DNA from: Abditibacterium sp.
Lineage (GTDB): Bacteria; Armatimonadota; Abditibacteriia; Abditibacteriales; Abditibacteriaceae
Reading direction: 5' to 3'
Length of the DNA stretch: 64,000 bases
NCBI GenBank assembly: GCA_965246885.1
Contig: OZ251992.1
Location: 1,632,001-1,696,000 of the forward strand
The first letter of the stretch is position 1. Each line of letters starts with the position of its first letter. This document shows positions 1 to 9,952 of the stretch, piece after piece. The notes beneath the pieces are model-generated. The model was not told the DNA's origin. It did no database searches and saw only the letters and a program-made list of their open reading frames with translations. The position numbers were made by a program, and so were the translations under genes.

Positions 1-2
1 TT

Positions 3-1151
3 CGCCGCCGCGCGTTCGAGGCGGAGTTGCGCGTGTGGCCCACCATCGCGCTTCCGCTCGCGGCGGCCTTGAATGGCGTCAAGGGCTTTTCCCGCGAAAC
101 GCGCGCGCGGCGCGGTTGGCAAAGCGACCTCGCGCCCGCCTTGCTGGGCAACTCCATTGACGCGGCAACTTTAGCCGCGATGCAAGGCGCGTGCACCGAA
201 GCGTTCCCCGACTTCCGGCGCTATATGGCCGCCAAAGCGCGCGCCTTGGGCGTGGAGCATCTCGCGTGGTTCGACCTGTTCGCGCCCGTTGGCGGCGAGG
301 GCGAGGGCCAGAAGTGGAGTTGGGCCGCTTGCGAGGAAGCCATCGAGACCAATTTCGCGCGCTACTCCGACAAAATGGCGGCCTTCGCGCGCCGCGCTTT
401 TGCCGAACGCTGGGTGGATGCCCTTCCGCGCTTGGGCAAGGAAGGCGGCGCGTATTGCACCGAGGGGTTGGGCGGCGATTCGCGCATCCTGATGAACTTC
501 GACGGCTCTTGGGCGCAGGTTTCGACGCTCGCGCACGAACTGGGGCACGGCTACCACAACCTTTGTCTCGCCGCGCGCACGCCCTTGCAAAAGCACATCC
601 CGATGACGCTCGCCGAAACCGCGTCCATTTTCTGCGAAACGCTCGTTTTCGAGTCCGCCGTGTCGCAGGCCGACGCGCCCACGAAGTTGTTTCTGCTCGA
701 CAACTCGCTCGCGGGCGCCTTGCAAGTGGTGGTGGACATCCACTCCCGCTTTTTGTTCGAGTCGCGCGTCTTTGCGGGCCGCGCCGCGCGCGAGTTGGGC
801 GAGAACGAACTGTGTGCCATCATGACCGACGCTCAAAGGGAAACGTATGGAGAGGAATTGCAACCGCTCCACCCTTATATGTGGGCCGTCAAAGGCCACT
901 ACTACGGCGCCAACTACTACAACTTCCCCTACACCTTCGGCCTCCTGTTCGCCCTCGGCCTTTACGCTCGCTACCGGGAAGACCCCGCCGCCTTTCAAGC
1001 GCGCTACGACGACTTCCTGTCCCGTTGCGGCCAGTCCGACGCCGCGACTTTGGCGCGCGACTTCGGCATTGATACCACTACGCCCGCTTTTTGGCGCGCC
1101 AGCTTGGACATCTTGCGCGGACGCATCGCGGAGTTCGAGGCGCTCGTTTAG
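3..1151 (+). CDS. M3 family oligoendopeptidase (PepF-like), 5' end outside window
   Basis: HELGH zinc motif, KEGGAYC, LAETASIFCE and YYNFPYTFG; frame is open back to the window edge. Confidence 0.93.
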   Translation, partial: RRRAFEAELRVWPTIALPLAAALNGVKGFSRETRARRGWQSDLAPALLGNSIDAATLAAMQGACTEAFPDFRRYMAAKARALGVEHLAWFDLFAPVGGEGEGQKWSWAACEEAIETNFARYSDKMAAFARRAFAERWVDALPRLGKEGGAYCTEGLGGDSRILMNFDGSWAQVSTLAHELGHGYHNLCLAARTPLQKHIPMTLAETASIFCETLVFESAVSQADAPTKLFLLDNSLAGALQVVVDIHSRFLFESRVFAGRAARELGENELCAIMTDAQRETYGEELQPLHPYMWAVKGHYYGANYYNFPYTFGLLFALGLYARYREDPAAFQARYDDFLSRCGQSDAATLARDFGIDTTTPAFWRASLDILRGRIAEFEALV

Positions 1152-1528
1152 CCGTAAACCTTGGCGGGGTCGAAAAGCGGCTCGCCCTGCGCTTCTAATT
1201 CGCCGTCCTCTTTGACCAACTCAAAGAAGCACGACCGGTACCCCTGGTGGCACGCCGCGCCGCCCACTTGCTCGACTTTAATAACGAGGGCGTCGGCGTC
1301 GCAGTCCACGAGGATTTCGTGGACGATTTGCACGTTGCCCGATGTTTCGCCCTTCATCATCACGCGCCCCTTCGAGCGCCGGTAAACCGTGCCGCGCTTG
1401 GTGTCCCACATCAGTTGCACCGCCTCGCGGTTGAGCCACGCGACGGTGAGCACCTCGCCGCTTTGGAAGTCTTGGAAGACGCCGCAGACGAGGCCGTTCG
1501 AGTCGTATTTAAGAGTGTCGGTAAACAT
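1148..1528 (-). CDS. hisI: phosphoribosyl-AMP cyclohydrolase
   Basis: KGETSGN, DCDADAL and ACHQGYRSCF motifs; lies near hisF. Confidence 0.96.
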   Translation of the reverse strand: MFTDTLKYDSNGLVCGVFQDFQSGEVLTVAWLNREAVQLMWDTKRGTVYRRSKGRVMMKGETSGNVQIVHEILVDCDADALVIKVEQVGGAACHQGYRSCFFELVKEDGELEAQGEPLFDPAKVYG

Positions 1529-1534
1529 GATGAT

Positions 1535-2188
1535 TTAAGCTCCGAACTCCGATACGCGGAATTGGACGTGGAGTTTCATCTCCACGTCTTCGGCGTGCGA
1601 AATCGCAATGCCCAATTCTGCCTCGGAGACGCGCGCCCGCGACATCATGCTTAGGTGGGCGGTTCTGCGGTGAGTTGAACTTTGCTCCTGCGTGCCTTCC
1701 CACTCCTCGTTCAACTCGTAGACGCCAAGCAGACGCACGCCCAGAGTGCGCGCGATAAAGCGGGCGCGTTCGAGCGCCAGTTCTAAACATCTCGCGCGCA
1801 ATTGGTCGCGTAAAGGAGTTTCGTCGACGAATCTCCACTCCAAACCCACCAGCGTCGCGTTTTTGGCGCTCGTTATAACGCCGATGGCCTCGGCGACCCG
1901 CTCGAGGGGCACCTTCTCGATAAGGAGCGCGTAGCTGACGCTGGAACTCTTGGAAAAGGTGCCGCTTTGGGTGTGTGCACTTACGCTTTCAACTTTGATT
2001 TGCGCTTCGGTGACGCCCACAGTTTTGAGCGCCGCCACCAATTCGGCGACTTCGCGCGCTTTTTGGAGCGCCACCGCGCCCGAAAAGAGCGCCGCGCCCG
2101 CCACCGTAACAGAAATGTCGGCGGCATTGGCTTCAACGCGCGCGGTTTGTAAAACCTCGACGGCAATGAAATCGGGATGATCGTTCAA
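1535..2188 (-). CDS. SIMPL (DUF541) domain protein, no obvious signal peptide
   Basis: ARxIAxTLGVRL-type motif and C-terminal VQFRV strand; TTG start overlaps the hisF stop. Confidence 0.7.
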   Translation of the reverse strand: MNDHPDFIAVEVLQTARVEANAADISVTVAGAALFSGAVALQKAREVAELVAALKTVGVTEAQIKVESVSAHTQSGTFSKSSSVSYALLIEKVPLERVAEAIGVITSAKNATLVGLEWRFVDETPLRDQLRARCLELALERARFIARTLGVRLLGVYELNEEWEGTQEQSSTHRRTAHLSMMSRARVSEAELGIAISHAEDVEMKLHVQFRVSEFGA

Positions 2189-2943
2189 CTGCGTACCTCC
2201 ACGCCTCTTACCCTTAGCTCTGCCTTGATTTCTCCAATCGAAAGCAGTCCGTAGTGCACTACGGACGCGACCAAGGCGGCTTCGGCTCCGCCGATAGTGA
2301 GGGCGTCGTGGATGTGGTCAATGGTGCCCGCGCCGCCGCTTGCAATCACGGGGATGGAAAGGGCATCGGCGACGGCGCGGGTGAGTTCGAGGTCGTAGCC
2401 CGCCTGCGTGCCGTCGCCGTCCATCGAGGTGAGCAGGATTTCGCCCGCACCGCGCGCTTCGGCTTCGCGCGCCCACGCGACGGCACTTTTGCCGGTCGGG
2501 GTGCGCCCGCCATGCAGGAAGACCTGCCAGTCTTCCTCGCCGCTCCGCTTGGCGTCTATGGCGACGACCATACATTGCACGCCAAAGCGTTTGGCGCCCG
2601 CTTCGATGAGTTCGGGCGAAGTGAAGGCGCTCGTGTTGATGAACACTTTGTCGGCGCCTGCCGCGAGGATAGCGGCCATTTCGTCGGTGGTTTTCAGGCC
2701 GCCGCCGACGGTGAAGGGGATGAACGCTTGCTCGCACACGCGCGCGGCGAGGTCAGCAACCATGTCGCGGCGCTCGTGACTGGCGGAAATGTCGAGGAAC
2801 ACGAGTTCGTCGGCACCGGCGCGGTCGTAAAAGGCGGCGCGCTCGACGGGGTCGCCCGCGTCGCGCATGTTCTCGAACTGCACGCACTTCACGACGCGCC
2901 CATCCTTGATGTCGAGCGCAGGGATGATTCGTTTGGCTGGCAC
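2185..2943 (-). CDS. hisF: imidazole glycerol phosphate synthase cyclase subunit
   Basis: [33 protein letters not shown] and [12 protein letters not shown] start with GGAG RBS. Confidence 0.98.
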   Translation of the reverse strand: MPAKRIIPALDIKDGRVVKCVQFENMRDAGDPVERAAFYDRAGADELVFLDISASHERRDMVADLAARVCEQAFIPFTVGGGLKTTDEMAAILAAGADKVFINTSAFTSPELIEAGAKRFGVQCMVVAIDAKRSGEEDWQVFLHGGRTPTGKSAVAWAREAEARGAGEILLTSMDGDGTQAGYDLELTRAVADALSIPVIASGGAGTIDHIHDALTIGGAEAALVASVVHYGLLSIGEIKAELRVRGVEVRS

Positions 2944-2979
2944 CTCCTTAGTGTGCGTGGAGCCGCCGTGCGGCGCGTC

Positions 2980-3023
2980 ACGCCGTTTGGTATGATACCA
3001 GTTGGCGTAATGCCCTTTGGTAT
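2980..3023. promoter_or_regulatory. three tandem 14-bp palindromic boxes (AYRCC-N4-GGYRT) at 15-bp period, candidate operator
   Basis: ACGCCGTTTGGTAT 2980-2993, ATACCAGTTGGCGT 2995-3008, ATGCCCTTTGGTAT 3010-3023, between the divergent hisF and ATPase genes. Confidence 0.55.
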
Positions 3024-4167
3024 GATTGACAACCCCTTCGAGTTTGGGCGGGAACTGCGGCGCGAGGAGCTAATAGACCGCCGCGACGAACTCGCGCGCG
3101 TGAAGCGGGCGCTCGGCGAGGGTGGCAAATTGTTCCTCATCGGCCCGCGCCGCTATGGGAAGACCTCGCTTCTCGCCGTCGCGCAAACCGAACTGCAAGC
3201 GAGCGGCGTGCAGGTGTTGCGCTTCAATGTCGAAGCGTTCTCGACGGTCGAAGCCCTCACGCGCGCCCTTGTCACCGAAGCCGCCAAGCGCCTCAGTGGG
3301 CCGGTGCAAAAGGTCGGCGAGCGCATCCGCTCCCTGTTTGGCGTCCTCAAGCCCGAACTGGCCTTCGACCCCGCCAACGGTAACTGGTCGGTCGCCCTCG
3401 GCGCGGCGCACCGGCCCACCGAAGTTCCGGGCTTTATCGAAGCTTTGGACGCGCTGGAACGCTTGGCGGGCGAGCAGCCGCTCGGACTGGCGCTGGACGA
3501 GTTCCAGCAGTTGCTCGTTATTGGCGGCGACGAAGCCGAAGCGCAACTGCGCGCCGCCGTGCAAACGCACAGCCACCTCGGTTACGTTTTCGCTGGCTCG
3601 AAAACCCGGCTTCTGTCGCAGATGGTGCTCGATCCGGCGCGCCCCTTCTACCGCTTGGGCGAGCCGCTCTTCTTGGGCCAAATCCCGCGCGCCGAGTTCC
3701 TGCCCGTTCTGCGCGCGCGCTTCCAGAGCGCTGACATCGCCATTGAAGACGGCGCACTCGGTGCCCTCCTCGACTTGGCGGACGACGTGCCCTACAACGT
3801 GCAAGCGCTCGCGCAAAACGCCTTTGAGGACGCCCGCTTCTCGCACCGCCTCAGCGTGGCGGACGTGGAGGGCGCGCTCTTGGAGTGGGTGGGCAGGCTC
3901 GACCCGCTTTACACGCAGCTCTGGCTCGACCTGTCGCCCATCCAAGGCCAAACCCTGCGCGCGGTGCTCGACTTTGGCGGGCAAAACCTGCAAAGCGCCG
4001 CCGTCGCCCGCAAGCTCAAGCGCCCCTCCTCTTCGATTCAAAAGTCCCTTGCCGTCCTGCTTGAACGCGACATCCTGCGCACCGAAGAAGAAGCGGGCCG
4101 CTTGCGCTACCATTTCGACGACCCCTTCTTTGCCGCTTGGATTCAAAGGACAATCGCGGAGAATTAA
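3022..4167 (+). CDS. AAA+/archaeal-type ATPase with probable C-terminal winged helix
   Basis: NPF...IDR N-terminus, Walker A GPRRYGKT, Walker B LALDEFQ, C-terminal DPFFAAW; start placed at MIDNPF because the longer ORF overlaps hisF antisense. Confidence 0.85.
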   Translation: MIDNPFEFGRELRREELIDRRDELARVKRALGEGGKLFLIGPRRYGKTSLLAVAQTELQASGVQVLRFNVEAFSTVEALTRALVTEAAKRLSGPVQKVGERIRSLFGVLKPELAFDPANGNWSVALGAAHRPTEVPGFIEALDALERLAGEQPLGLALDEFQQLLVIGGDEAEAQLRAAVQTHSHLGYVFAGSKTRLLSQMVLDPARPFYRLGEPLFLGQIPRAEFLPVLRARFQSADIAIEDGALGALLDLADDVPYNVQALAQNAFEDARFSHRLSVADVEGALLEWVGRLDPLYTQLWLDLSPIQGQTLRAVLDFGGQNLQSAAVARKLKRPSSSIQKSLAVLLERDILRTEEEAGRLRYHFDDPFFAAWIQRTIAEN

Positions 4168-4209
4168 AGCCCCTCGCGCGCCGCGCCCGTTTGCGATAAA
4201 ATCGGCGGC

Positions 4210-7200
4210 GTGTTTTCTCCGGCTTGGTCGGCGTTGCTCGCGCCGCGTTCGTTTAACCCCGTCGTCGCGGGCGCTCAGGTACGGGCGCTCCGGCAAAGCG
4301 GCGACTCCTCCGAAGCGCGCGAGTTCGTCGGCGCGTTCTTGGGATTCGACCCGCGCTCGCGCTTCGCGCTTCGCACCACCTTGGAATCCCTCGCCAAACC
4401 GACCGGCGGCGCATTTTGGGTGAATGGCGCGTTCGGGTCGGGCAAGTCGCACTTTTTGGGAGTCCTCGCGCTGGTCTGCGATGGCGTCGGATGGGCGGAG
4501 TTGGCTGCCAACTTCCCCGAAATGGCGCCCGCGCTCGTGCCGCGCATGGTCGTGCACATCCCCCTCGACGACTACAACGCGAGCGAGTGGAGTTTGGAAA
4601 ACGTCTTCTGGCGCGAAACAAGGCGCGAATGGGAATCCAAAATCGGCGAATGGCCCGCGTCAGTCGAGTCCGCGCGCGTCGGGAGCCGCGCCGAAGCGTT
4701 GGAAGCGCTGCTTTCCGAACTCAAAGCGCGCGAGTGGGGCGGCTTGGCGCTGTTCTTGGACGAACTATCGCTGTTTCTTGGGGGGCGGACGCACCGCGAA
4801 TTGCAAAGCGACGCTTCCTTTTTGCAGTTTCTGGGGCAAAGCGCGCGGCGCGACGCCTTCTGGGTGGTGGCGGCGCTGCAAAAGACAATTGAAGACTTGG
4901 GCGGGCTGGAACCGTACGCTTTGGGCCAAATCCGCGACCGCTTCCAAACCTTGCCGCTTTCGCTCGCGCATTTGCCCGCGCTCATCGGGCGCCGTTTGGT
5001 CGAAGTGCGCGACGAGAGTGCCTTGGAACGCTGGTGCGACGAGTCTCTGCGCGAGCGCGAAGCGCGCTTTGGGGTGCTGCCGTTTGGCATTCAAGAGTGG
5101 CGCGGCGTGGCACCGTTTCACCCGATGACGGTGGAACTGCTGGAAGCTGTCGCGGGCCGCTTCTTGTCGCGCACGCGCTCGGCGCTGCTGTTTTGCGCGC
5201 ACGCTTTGAACGAGGCGCAACGCCAAAGCGCCGAGGAGCGCGTGCTACCGCCCGCCATCTGGGACTACTTCGCGCCCGAAATCGAGGGGCACCCCGATTG
5301 GAGCGTGCTCGCCGAAGCGGAAGCGGCGTGGCTCGAATCGATCGCGGCGGCGCCTCCTCCTGAGCGCGACGCGCTCAGTTTAACCGCCAAGTTCCTGCTC
5401 TTGTCGCGCGTCGCGGGGCGCTCCACGACGCCCCTTGCTCTTGCCCAAGCGCTCGATTTTGCGCACGAGAACCCGTCCGAGTGGGCGCGCTACCTCTTAG
5501 AAAAGCTGCGGCGGGGCGCCGGTTTTTTGGCCTTGGAGCGCGGCGACGACGCGGGCGGTGACCGCTACGCGCTCGATTTGGGCAAGCGTGTCGGCGAAAG
5601 TGCGCGGCGCTTGGTCTTGGGCGCGGCCAGCGAAATCGAGGACGGCGACGCGCGTTTAACCCAAGCGGCCATTGCCAGTTGCAAATCGGCCAGTTGGCCC
5701 TTAGCCGAAATGGGCGACGACGGGCGCAGCGTGTCTCTGTTCTGGCGGCACTCGCCGCGCCGCGTCCGCGTCGGGGTTTGGCACGATGGGGCGCTGACCG
5801 CGTGGACGAACCGCTTCGCCACCCTGCGCGAACAAGGCGACGCGGCGCTACTGCTTTTCTGGCCGCCCTTTACTCTTGCGCGCGGTGAAGCGGCGGGACT
5901 TCTGCTGGCGCCGCTCCTCACGGGCGCGGCGGGAAGTTGGGGAGACGAGCGCGCGCGGGCGGCGGTGTGGGCGTGGCGTCCGCGCTTCCCGACGCGCGAC
6001 GAGTGGGAGTTGGCGCGCGAGGTGGCGGGCGCGCACTTGGCCCGCCAAGACCCCAACTTGCTCGACAACAGGCGGGGGCGCGCCGTCTTGGAACACCTCG
6101 ACCGCGAGCGGCCCGCCCGCGAGTCGGCGCTGGAACGGGTGGTGCGGCGCTTGTATTTGGAAGGCGACTTGGTGCTGGGCCAAGGTGCGGCGCTCGACGC
6201 GGGCGAATTGGCGGGGGGCGAGGACTTCGGCGCGGTGTTGGAAGCAGTCGCCGACTTCGCTCTGCCCCACCTGTTCGGGCGCTTTTCGGGTGTGGCGCCG
6301 CGTGCCCGCGTTTTGACGCCCTCCAACGCCGATGCACTCTGCCTCGAACTGCTGCGCCGCCCCGCCAACGAGCCGTTTTTCGCGCCCAGTTTGGAGAGGC
6401 TGGCGCGTCACCTCGGTGAGCCGTTGGGCGTGGCAACGCCAAGCGCGGGACGCTGGAAGATGGGGGTGGGCAACGACGATTTAGCCGCGCACATCCTTGC
6501 TCTGGTGGGCGCCGGGGCGTCGCTGTCGGCCCTCAACGAGGAGCTTGGGCGCGACGAATGGGGTTTGTCGGAAGAGATGCAAGCCGTCGCGGTGTGCGCC
6601 CTCTTGCGCGCCGGGGAGTTGGTCGCGCTCGACGCGCGCGGGCAAACTCTGGCGCCCGCCTCTATCGGTTTGCCCCTGCGCCGCTCGGTTCATCGCCTCG
6701 TTCGCGGCGCGCTTCCGGCGGCGGGGCAGTGGATACGGTTGGCAAGCGTGTGTAACGCGCTGCTGGGCGAAAAAATCGGCGCCCCCTCGTTCGAGGAAGC
6801 GGCCCGCGTCGCGGCCCTGCTCGGTGCGTGGCGCGATGAAACGCAGTCCCGCCTTGAACTGGCCCGCGCCCGCGCCGCGCAACTTCGCCGCGCGTTGGGG
6901 CACTCGCCCGCGCAATGGGCCGACTTCGAGGCCGCGACGGAAACCGTCGCGGGCGCCGTTGGGGATTCGCGCACCGACGACCAAGCCCTGCTTTTCGAGC
7001 GCGCCGCGAACTGGGACTTGGCGCTTTTAGCGCCCGCTTTGGCAAGCGCCACCCGCTTCGCTGGCGCTTTGGAGGGCGCCGGGGAGTTGCTGGCGGGACA
7101 CGCGCTCCTGTCCCACCCCGACCTCGCGTGCCCACCGGAGTTAGCCGACGAACGCGCGGCGCTGTTGGAAACTTTGGCGAGCGGCGAAGCCGCGCTCTTT

Positions 7201-7860
7201 GATGCCGAACTCAAACCGCGAGGGCGCGAGTGGCGCGCCCGCTACGCCGAACTTTACGCCGCTTGGCACGGCGCCCAGCACGACGCGGCGCGCTGGAATT
7301 CGCTCGCGCGCTTGGCGCGCGGCGATGAACTGCGCGCGCTGGAACGTTTGGCTACCCTCACGCGCCGCCGTTTCGACGCAGGTGTTGCCATCCGCGCCGA
7401 ACTTGACGCAGCCCTTGAAGCGCGTTGCGGGCGTCCCGACGCCGCGCAGGTCGCGCAAGTGGCGCTGTCGCCCGGTGATGCGGTGTGCAATGCGTGCGGG
7501 TTGAAGTGGGGCCAGCGTTTAATGCTGCCCGATGCACGCGCCCTTGAAGAACGCATCGGTGCCGCCCTTGCCGCCTTTCGCGCCACCTTGCGCGAACCCG
7601 CCACCGCGCGCTTTTTGGAACGCCGCGCGCCGGAATTGCTCGCGCCCGACGCCGATTTGCCCGCGCTTTTCGACCGCGACACCTTGCAACTGTTGGACGA
7701 AGCCTTTGCGCCGCGCCGCCGCGTCGCGCGCTCCTTGGCCGAACTGCGCGGGGCGCTCGAAGGCCTCCAAACGCGCGGCCAGTGGCACGGCGCCCTGCTC
7801 GCGTGGTTGGATGGCGGCGCGGCGTTGGGCGATGAGGACGAGATGGAGTTGGGTGACTGA
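4210..7860 (+). CDS. large P-loop ATPase, BrxC/PglY (DUF6079)-like
   Basis: Walker A GAFGSGKSHFL, Walker B LFLDEL, IRDRF and PFHP motifs, long helical C-half with CNAC; 1216 aa. Confidence 0.72.
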   Translation: MFSPAWSALLAPRSFNPVVAGAQVRALRQSGDSSEAREFVGAFLGFDPRSRFALRTTLESLAKPTGGAFWVNGAFGSGKSHFLGVLALVCDGVGWAELAANFPEMAPALVPRMVVHIPLDDYNASEWSLENVFWRETRREWESKIGEWPASVESARVGSRAEALEALLSELKAREWGGLALFLDELSLFLGGRTHRELQSDASFLQFLGQSARRDAFWVVAALQKTIEDLGGLEPYALGQIRDRFQTLPLSLAHLPALIGRRLVEVRDESALERWCDESLREREARFGVLPFGIQEWRGVAPFHPMTVELLEAVAGRFLSRTRSALLFCAHALNEAQRQSAEERVLPPAIWDYFAPEIEGHPDWSVLAEAEAAWLESIAAAPPPERDALSLTAKFLLLSRVAGRSTTPLALAQALDFAHENPSEWARYLLEKLRRGAGFLALERGDDAGGDRYALDLGKRVGESARRLVLGAASEIEDGDARLTQAAIASCKSASWPLAEMGDDGRSVSLFWRHSPRRVRVGVWHDGALTAWTNRFATLREQGDAALLLFWPPFTLARGEAAGLLLAPLLTGAAGSWGDERARAAVWAWRPRFPTRDEWELAREVAGAHLARQDPNLLDNRRGRAVLEHLDRERPARESALERVVRRLYLEGDLVLGQGAALDAGELAGGEDFGAVLEAVADFALPHLFGRFSGVAPRARVLTPSNADALCLELLRRPANEPFFAPSLERLARHLGEPLGVATPSAGRWKMGVGNDDLAAHILALVGAGASLSALNEELGRDEWGLSEEMQAVAVCALLRAGELVALDARGQTLAPASIGLPLRRSVHRLVRGALPAAGQWIRLASVCNALLGEKIGAPSFEEAARVAALLGAWRDETQSRLELARARAAQLRRALGHSPAQWADFEAATETVAGAVGDSRTDDQALLFERAANWDLALLAPALASATRFAGALEGAGELLAGHALLSHPDLACPPELADERAALLETLASGEAALFDAELKPRGREWRARYAELYAAWHGAQHDAARWNSLARLARGDELRALERLATLTRRRFDAGVAIRAELDAALEARCGRPDAAQVAQVALSPGDAVCNACGLKWGQRLMLPDARALEERIGAALAAFRATLREPATARFLERRAPELLAPDADLPALFDRDTLQLLDEAFAPRRRVARSLAELRGALEGLQTRGQWHGALLAWLDGGAALGDEDEMELGD

Positions 7861-7869
7861 GTGAGCGGC

Positions 7870-8016
7870 CTAATTCTTCAGCTGCCCCAGTTAATTCATT
7901 GGGGAATTCTATAATTTTGTCAATGGTTTACCCATGCGACGGGAAGAATTAGCCGCGCAGAGCATCCACCGATGTAAATCATCGAAAAAATTAGCGCGTT
8001 CCCGCGAAGAATTAGC
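7870..8016. repeat. degenerate GAAGAATTAGC repeats in 21-bp phase plus one inverted copy
   Basis: AATTAGC at 7947, 7989 and 8010; inverted CTAATTCTTC at 7870. Confidence 0.55.
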
Positions 8017-8181
8017 CCGGTGAGAGCGTCGCCGCCCTCTGTCATTGGAGCGCAGACGGCGGGAAGTTAGGGATTTTCCCAAGCAATGCACCTCGCTTTG
8101 GCGCTGTTCTTGCTTTGGACAAGCTTAATGCTTTCCGCGCCACCGTTTTTCGGGAGCGCTGGGGCAAAGGACACACAAACT

Positions 8182-8409
8182 ATGAAAACCACCATCCAAC
8201 GCGGCGTCACGGCGACCTTGCTCGCCGTCATCACTGCAGGCACCTTGGGCCTTGGCGCCCCTCAGCCCGTTCAGGCCAAAGGCTTTATCCGCCGCCACCC
8301 GTTCGTCACCGGAGCCGCCGTCGTCGGGGGCGCGATGATGTATCGCCACCACCAGAAGAAAAAGGCCCGCAAGCGCGCCCGCGCGATGATGGCCCGCCCC
8401 GTCCGCTAA
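8182..8409 (+). CDS. small secreted cationic protein (75 aa)
   Basis: AAGGA RBS; signal-like MKTT...PVQA, then an Arg/Lys/His-rich tail; followed by a terminator. Confidence 0.7.
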   Translation: MKTTIQRGVTATLLAVITAGTLGLGAPQPVQAKGFIRRHPFVTGAAVVGGAMMYRHHQKKKARKRARAMMARPVR

Positions 8410-8425
8410 GCCTTGGCGCCTCGTC

Positions 8426-8460
8426 AACAGCCGCTTCTCTTTCGAGAAGCGGCTGTTTTT
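8426..8460 (+). terminator. intrinsic terminator
   Basis: 14-bp stem AACAGCCGCTTCTC/GAGAAGCGGCTGTT followed by a T run. Confidence 0.8.
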
Positions 8461-8502
8461 GTTGTCCGAGCGCCGGAAGTGTCTGCCAAACTGGAAGGGC
8501 TA

Positions 8503-9849
8503 ATGCTCCTCCAGCTTTCCACGACGCACCAGCCCGCGACGGATTTGGGGTTTCTGCTCGCCAAAAATCCGGCTCGCGCGCAAACGTTCGACTTGTCGTT
8601 TGGGCGGGCGCGCGTCTTTTATCCCGAAGCGAACGAAGAGCGTTGCACGTTCGCGCTTTTGTTGGATGTGGATTCGGTTGCGCTCGTGCGCGGCAAAAAC
8701 CAAGGGGAAGGGCTGCTGTCGCAATACGTCAACGACCGGCCTTACGCGGCGACGTCTTTTCTGAGCGTGGCCATCGCGCAGGTATTGCGCTCGGCGATGA
8801 GTGGACTGTGCAAGGAACTCCCCGAACTCGCGGCGACGGCGCTGCCGCTCCGAGCGCAGGTCGAGGGTGTGCCCGCCTCGGCGCAGCAGTTGGAAAAGCT
8901 GTTCGCACCGTTGGGTTGTGCAGTCGAAGCGCAAGCGGTCGGCGCGCGGCATTGCCGTTTGACGCTCGAAGCGACGGTGAAGCTGTCCGATTTACTGTCG
9001 CATCTGTATGTCCTCATCCCGGTGCTGGATGACACCAAGCATTATTACGTGGGCGATGAAGAGGTGGAGAAGCTGTTGCGGCGCGGCGCAGGCTGGCTCG
9101 AAACCCACCCAGAGCGCGAGTGGATTGTGTCGCGCTACCTCAAAAAGCAAAAGCACCTCATCCGCGTGGCGCTGGAGCGTTTGTCGCCCATCGAGGAAAG
9201 TGACGACAAGGATGAGGAGGAAGCGCGCGTCGAGCGGCCCTTGTCGCTGCATCAGATACGCTTGGAAACCGTCGCACAGGTTTTGAAGGAAGCGGGCGCC
9301 AAGCGCGTGTTAGATTTAGGTTGCGGTGAGGGGCGCTTGGTGCGCGAACTGTTGCGCGACCCGTTCTTCGAGTTCGTGCGCGGCGTGGACGCCTCGCACC
9401 GCGCGCTGGAGTTGGCCGAAGACAAACTGCACGTCGAGCGCATGACGGAGCGCCAACGGGCGCGCTTGGAACTGGTCTTCGGGGTGCTCACTTACCGCGA
9501 CGCGCGCTTCGAGAACTTCGACGCGGCGGCGCTGGTTGAGGTCGTGGAGCATCTCGACCCGGCCCGTTTGCCTGCCTTCGAGCGGGTGGTATGGGAGTTC
9601 GCTCGCCCAAAGCACATCGTCGTCACCACGCCCAACCGCGACTACAACGCGGTGTGGGAAACCCTGCCCGAAGGCAAACTGCGCCACCGCGACCATCGCT
9701 TCGAGTGGACGCGGGCCGAGTTCCAAAGCTGGACTGAGCGCGTCGCGCTCAAGTTTAACTACACCGTCGAAACCCGACCATTGGGGCCAGAGCACGAGGA
9801 ATACGGCGCGCCCTCCCAGATGGCCCTCTTCCAGCGAGACAACAAATAG
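8503..9849 (+). CDS. hen1: Hen1 RNA 3'-terminal 2'-O-methyltransferase
   Basis: PATDLGFLL.KNP, QYVNDRPY, SAM motif LDLGCGEG, EVVEHL and RHRDHRFEWTR. Confidence 0.96.
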   Translation: MLLQLSTTHQPATDLGFLLAKNPARAQTFDLSFGRARVFYPEANEERCTFALLLDVDSVALVRGKNQGEGLLSQYVNDRPYAATSFLSVAIAQVLRSAMSGLCKELPELAATALPLRAQVEGVPASAQQLEKLFAPLGCAVEAQAVGARHCRLTLEATVKLSDLLSHLYVLIPVLDDTKHYYVGDEEVEKLLRRGAGWLETHPEREWIVSRYLKKQKHLIRVALERLSPIEESDDKDEEEARVERPLSLHQIRLETVAQVLKEAGAKRVLDLGCGEGRLVRELLRDPFFEFVRGVDASHRALELAEDKLHVERMTERQRARLELVFGVLTYRDARFENFDAAALVEVVEHLDPARLPAFERVVWEFARPKHIVVTTPNRDYNAVWETLPEGKLRHRDHRFEWTRAEFQSWTERVALKFNYTVETRPLGPEHEEYGAPSQMALFQRDNK

Positions 9850-9941
9850 CCACAGAGAACGCGGAGGACATCACGAAGAGGCACAGAGGTTTATGATTTC
9901 TCTCCGTGCCTCTTCGTGATGTTCTCCGCGTTCTCTGTGGC
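9849..9941. repeat. 40-bp inverted repeat hairpin built from CACAGAG-type units
   Basis: arms 9849-9888 and 9902-9941, with one G-U pair and one mismatch. Confidence 0.9.
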
Positions 9942-9952
9942 CAATCCAAGCC

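Noticed and set aside
2254..3021. N-terminal extension of the 637-aa ORF, and other long antisense or alternate-frame ORFs (e.g. 3070-4557, 26694-27824, 55674-57023)
   Set aside because: Shadow ORFs expected in high-GC DNA opposite well-supported genes; no recognisable motifs.
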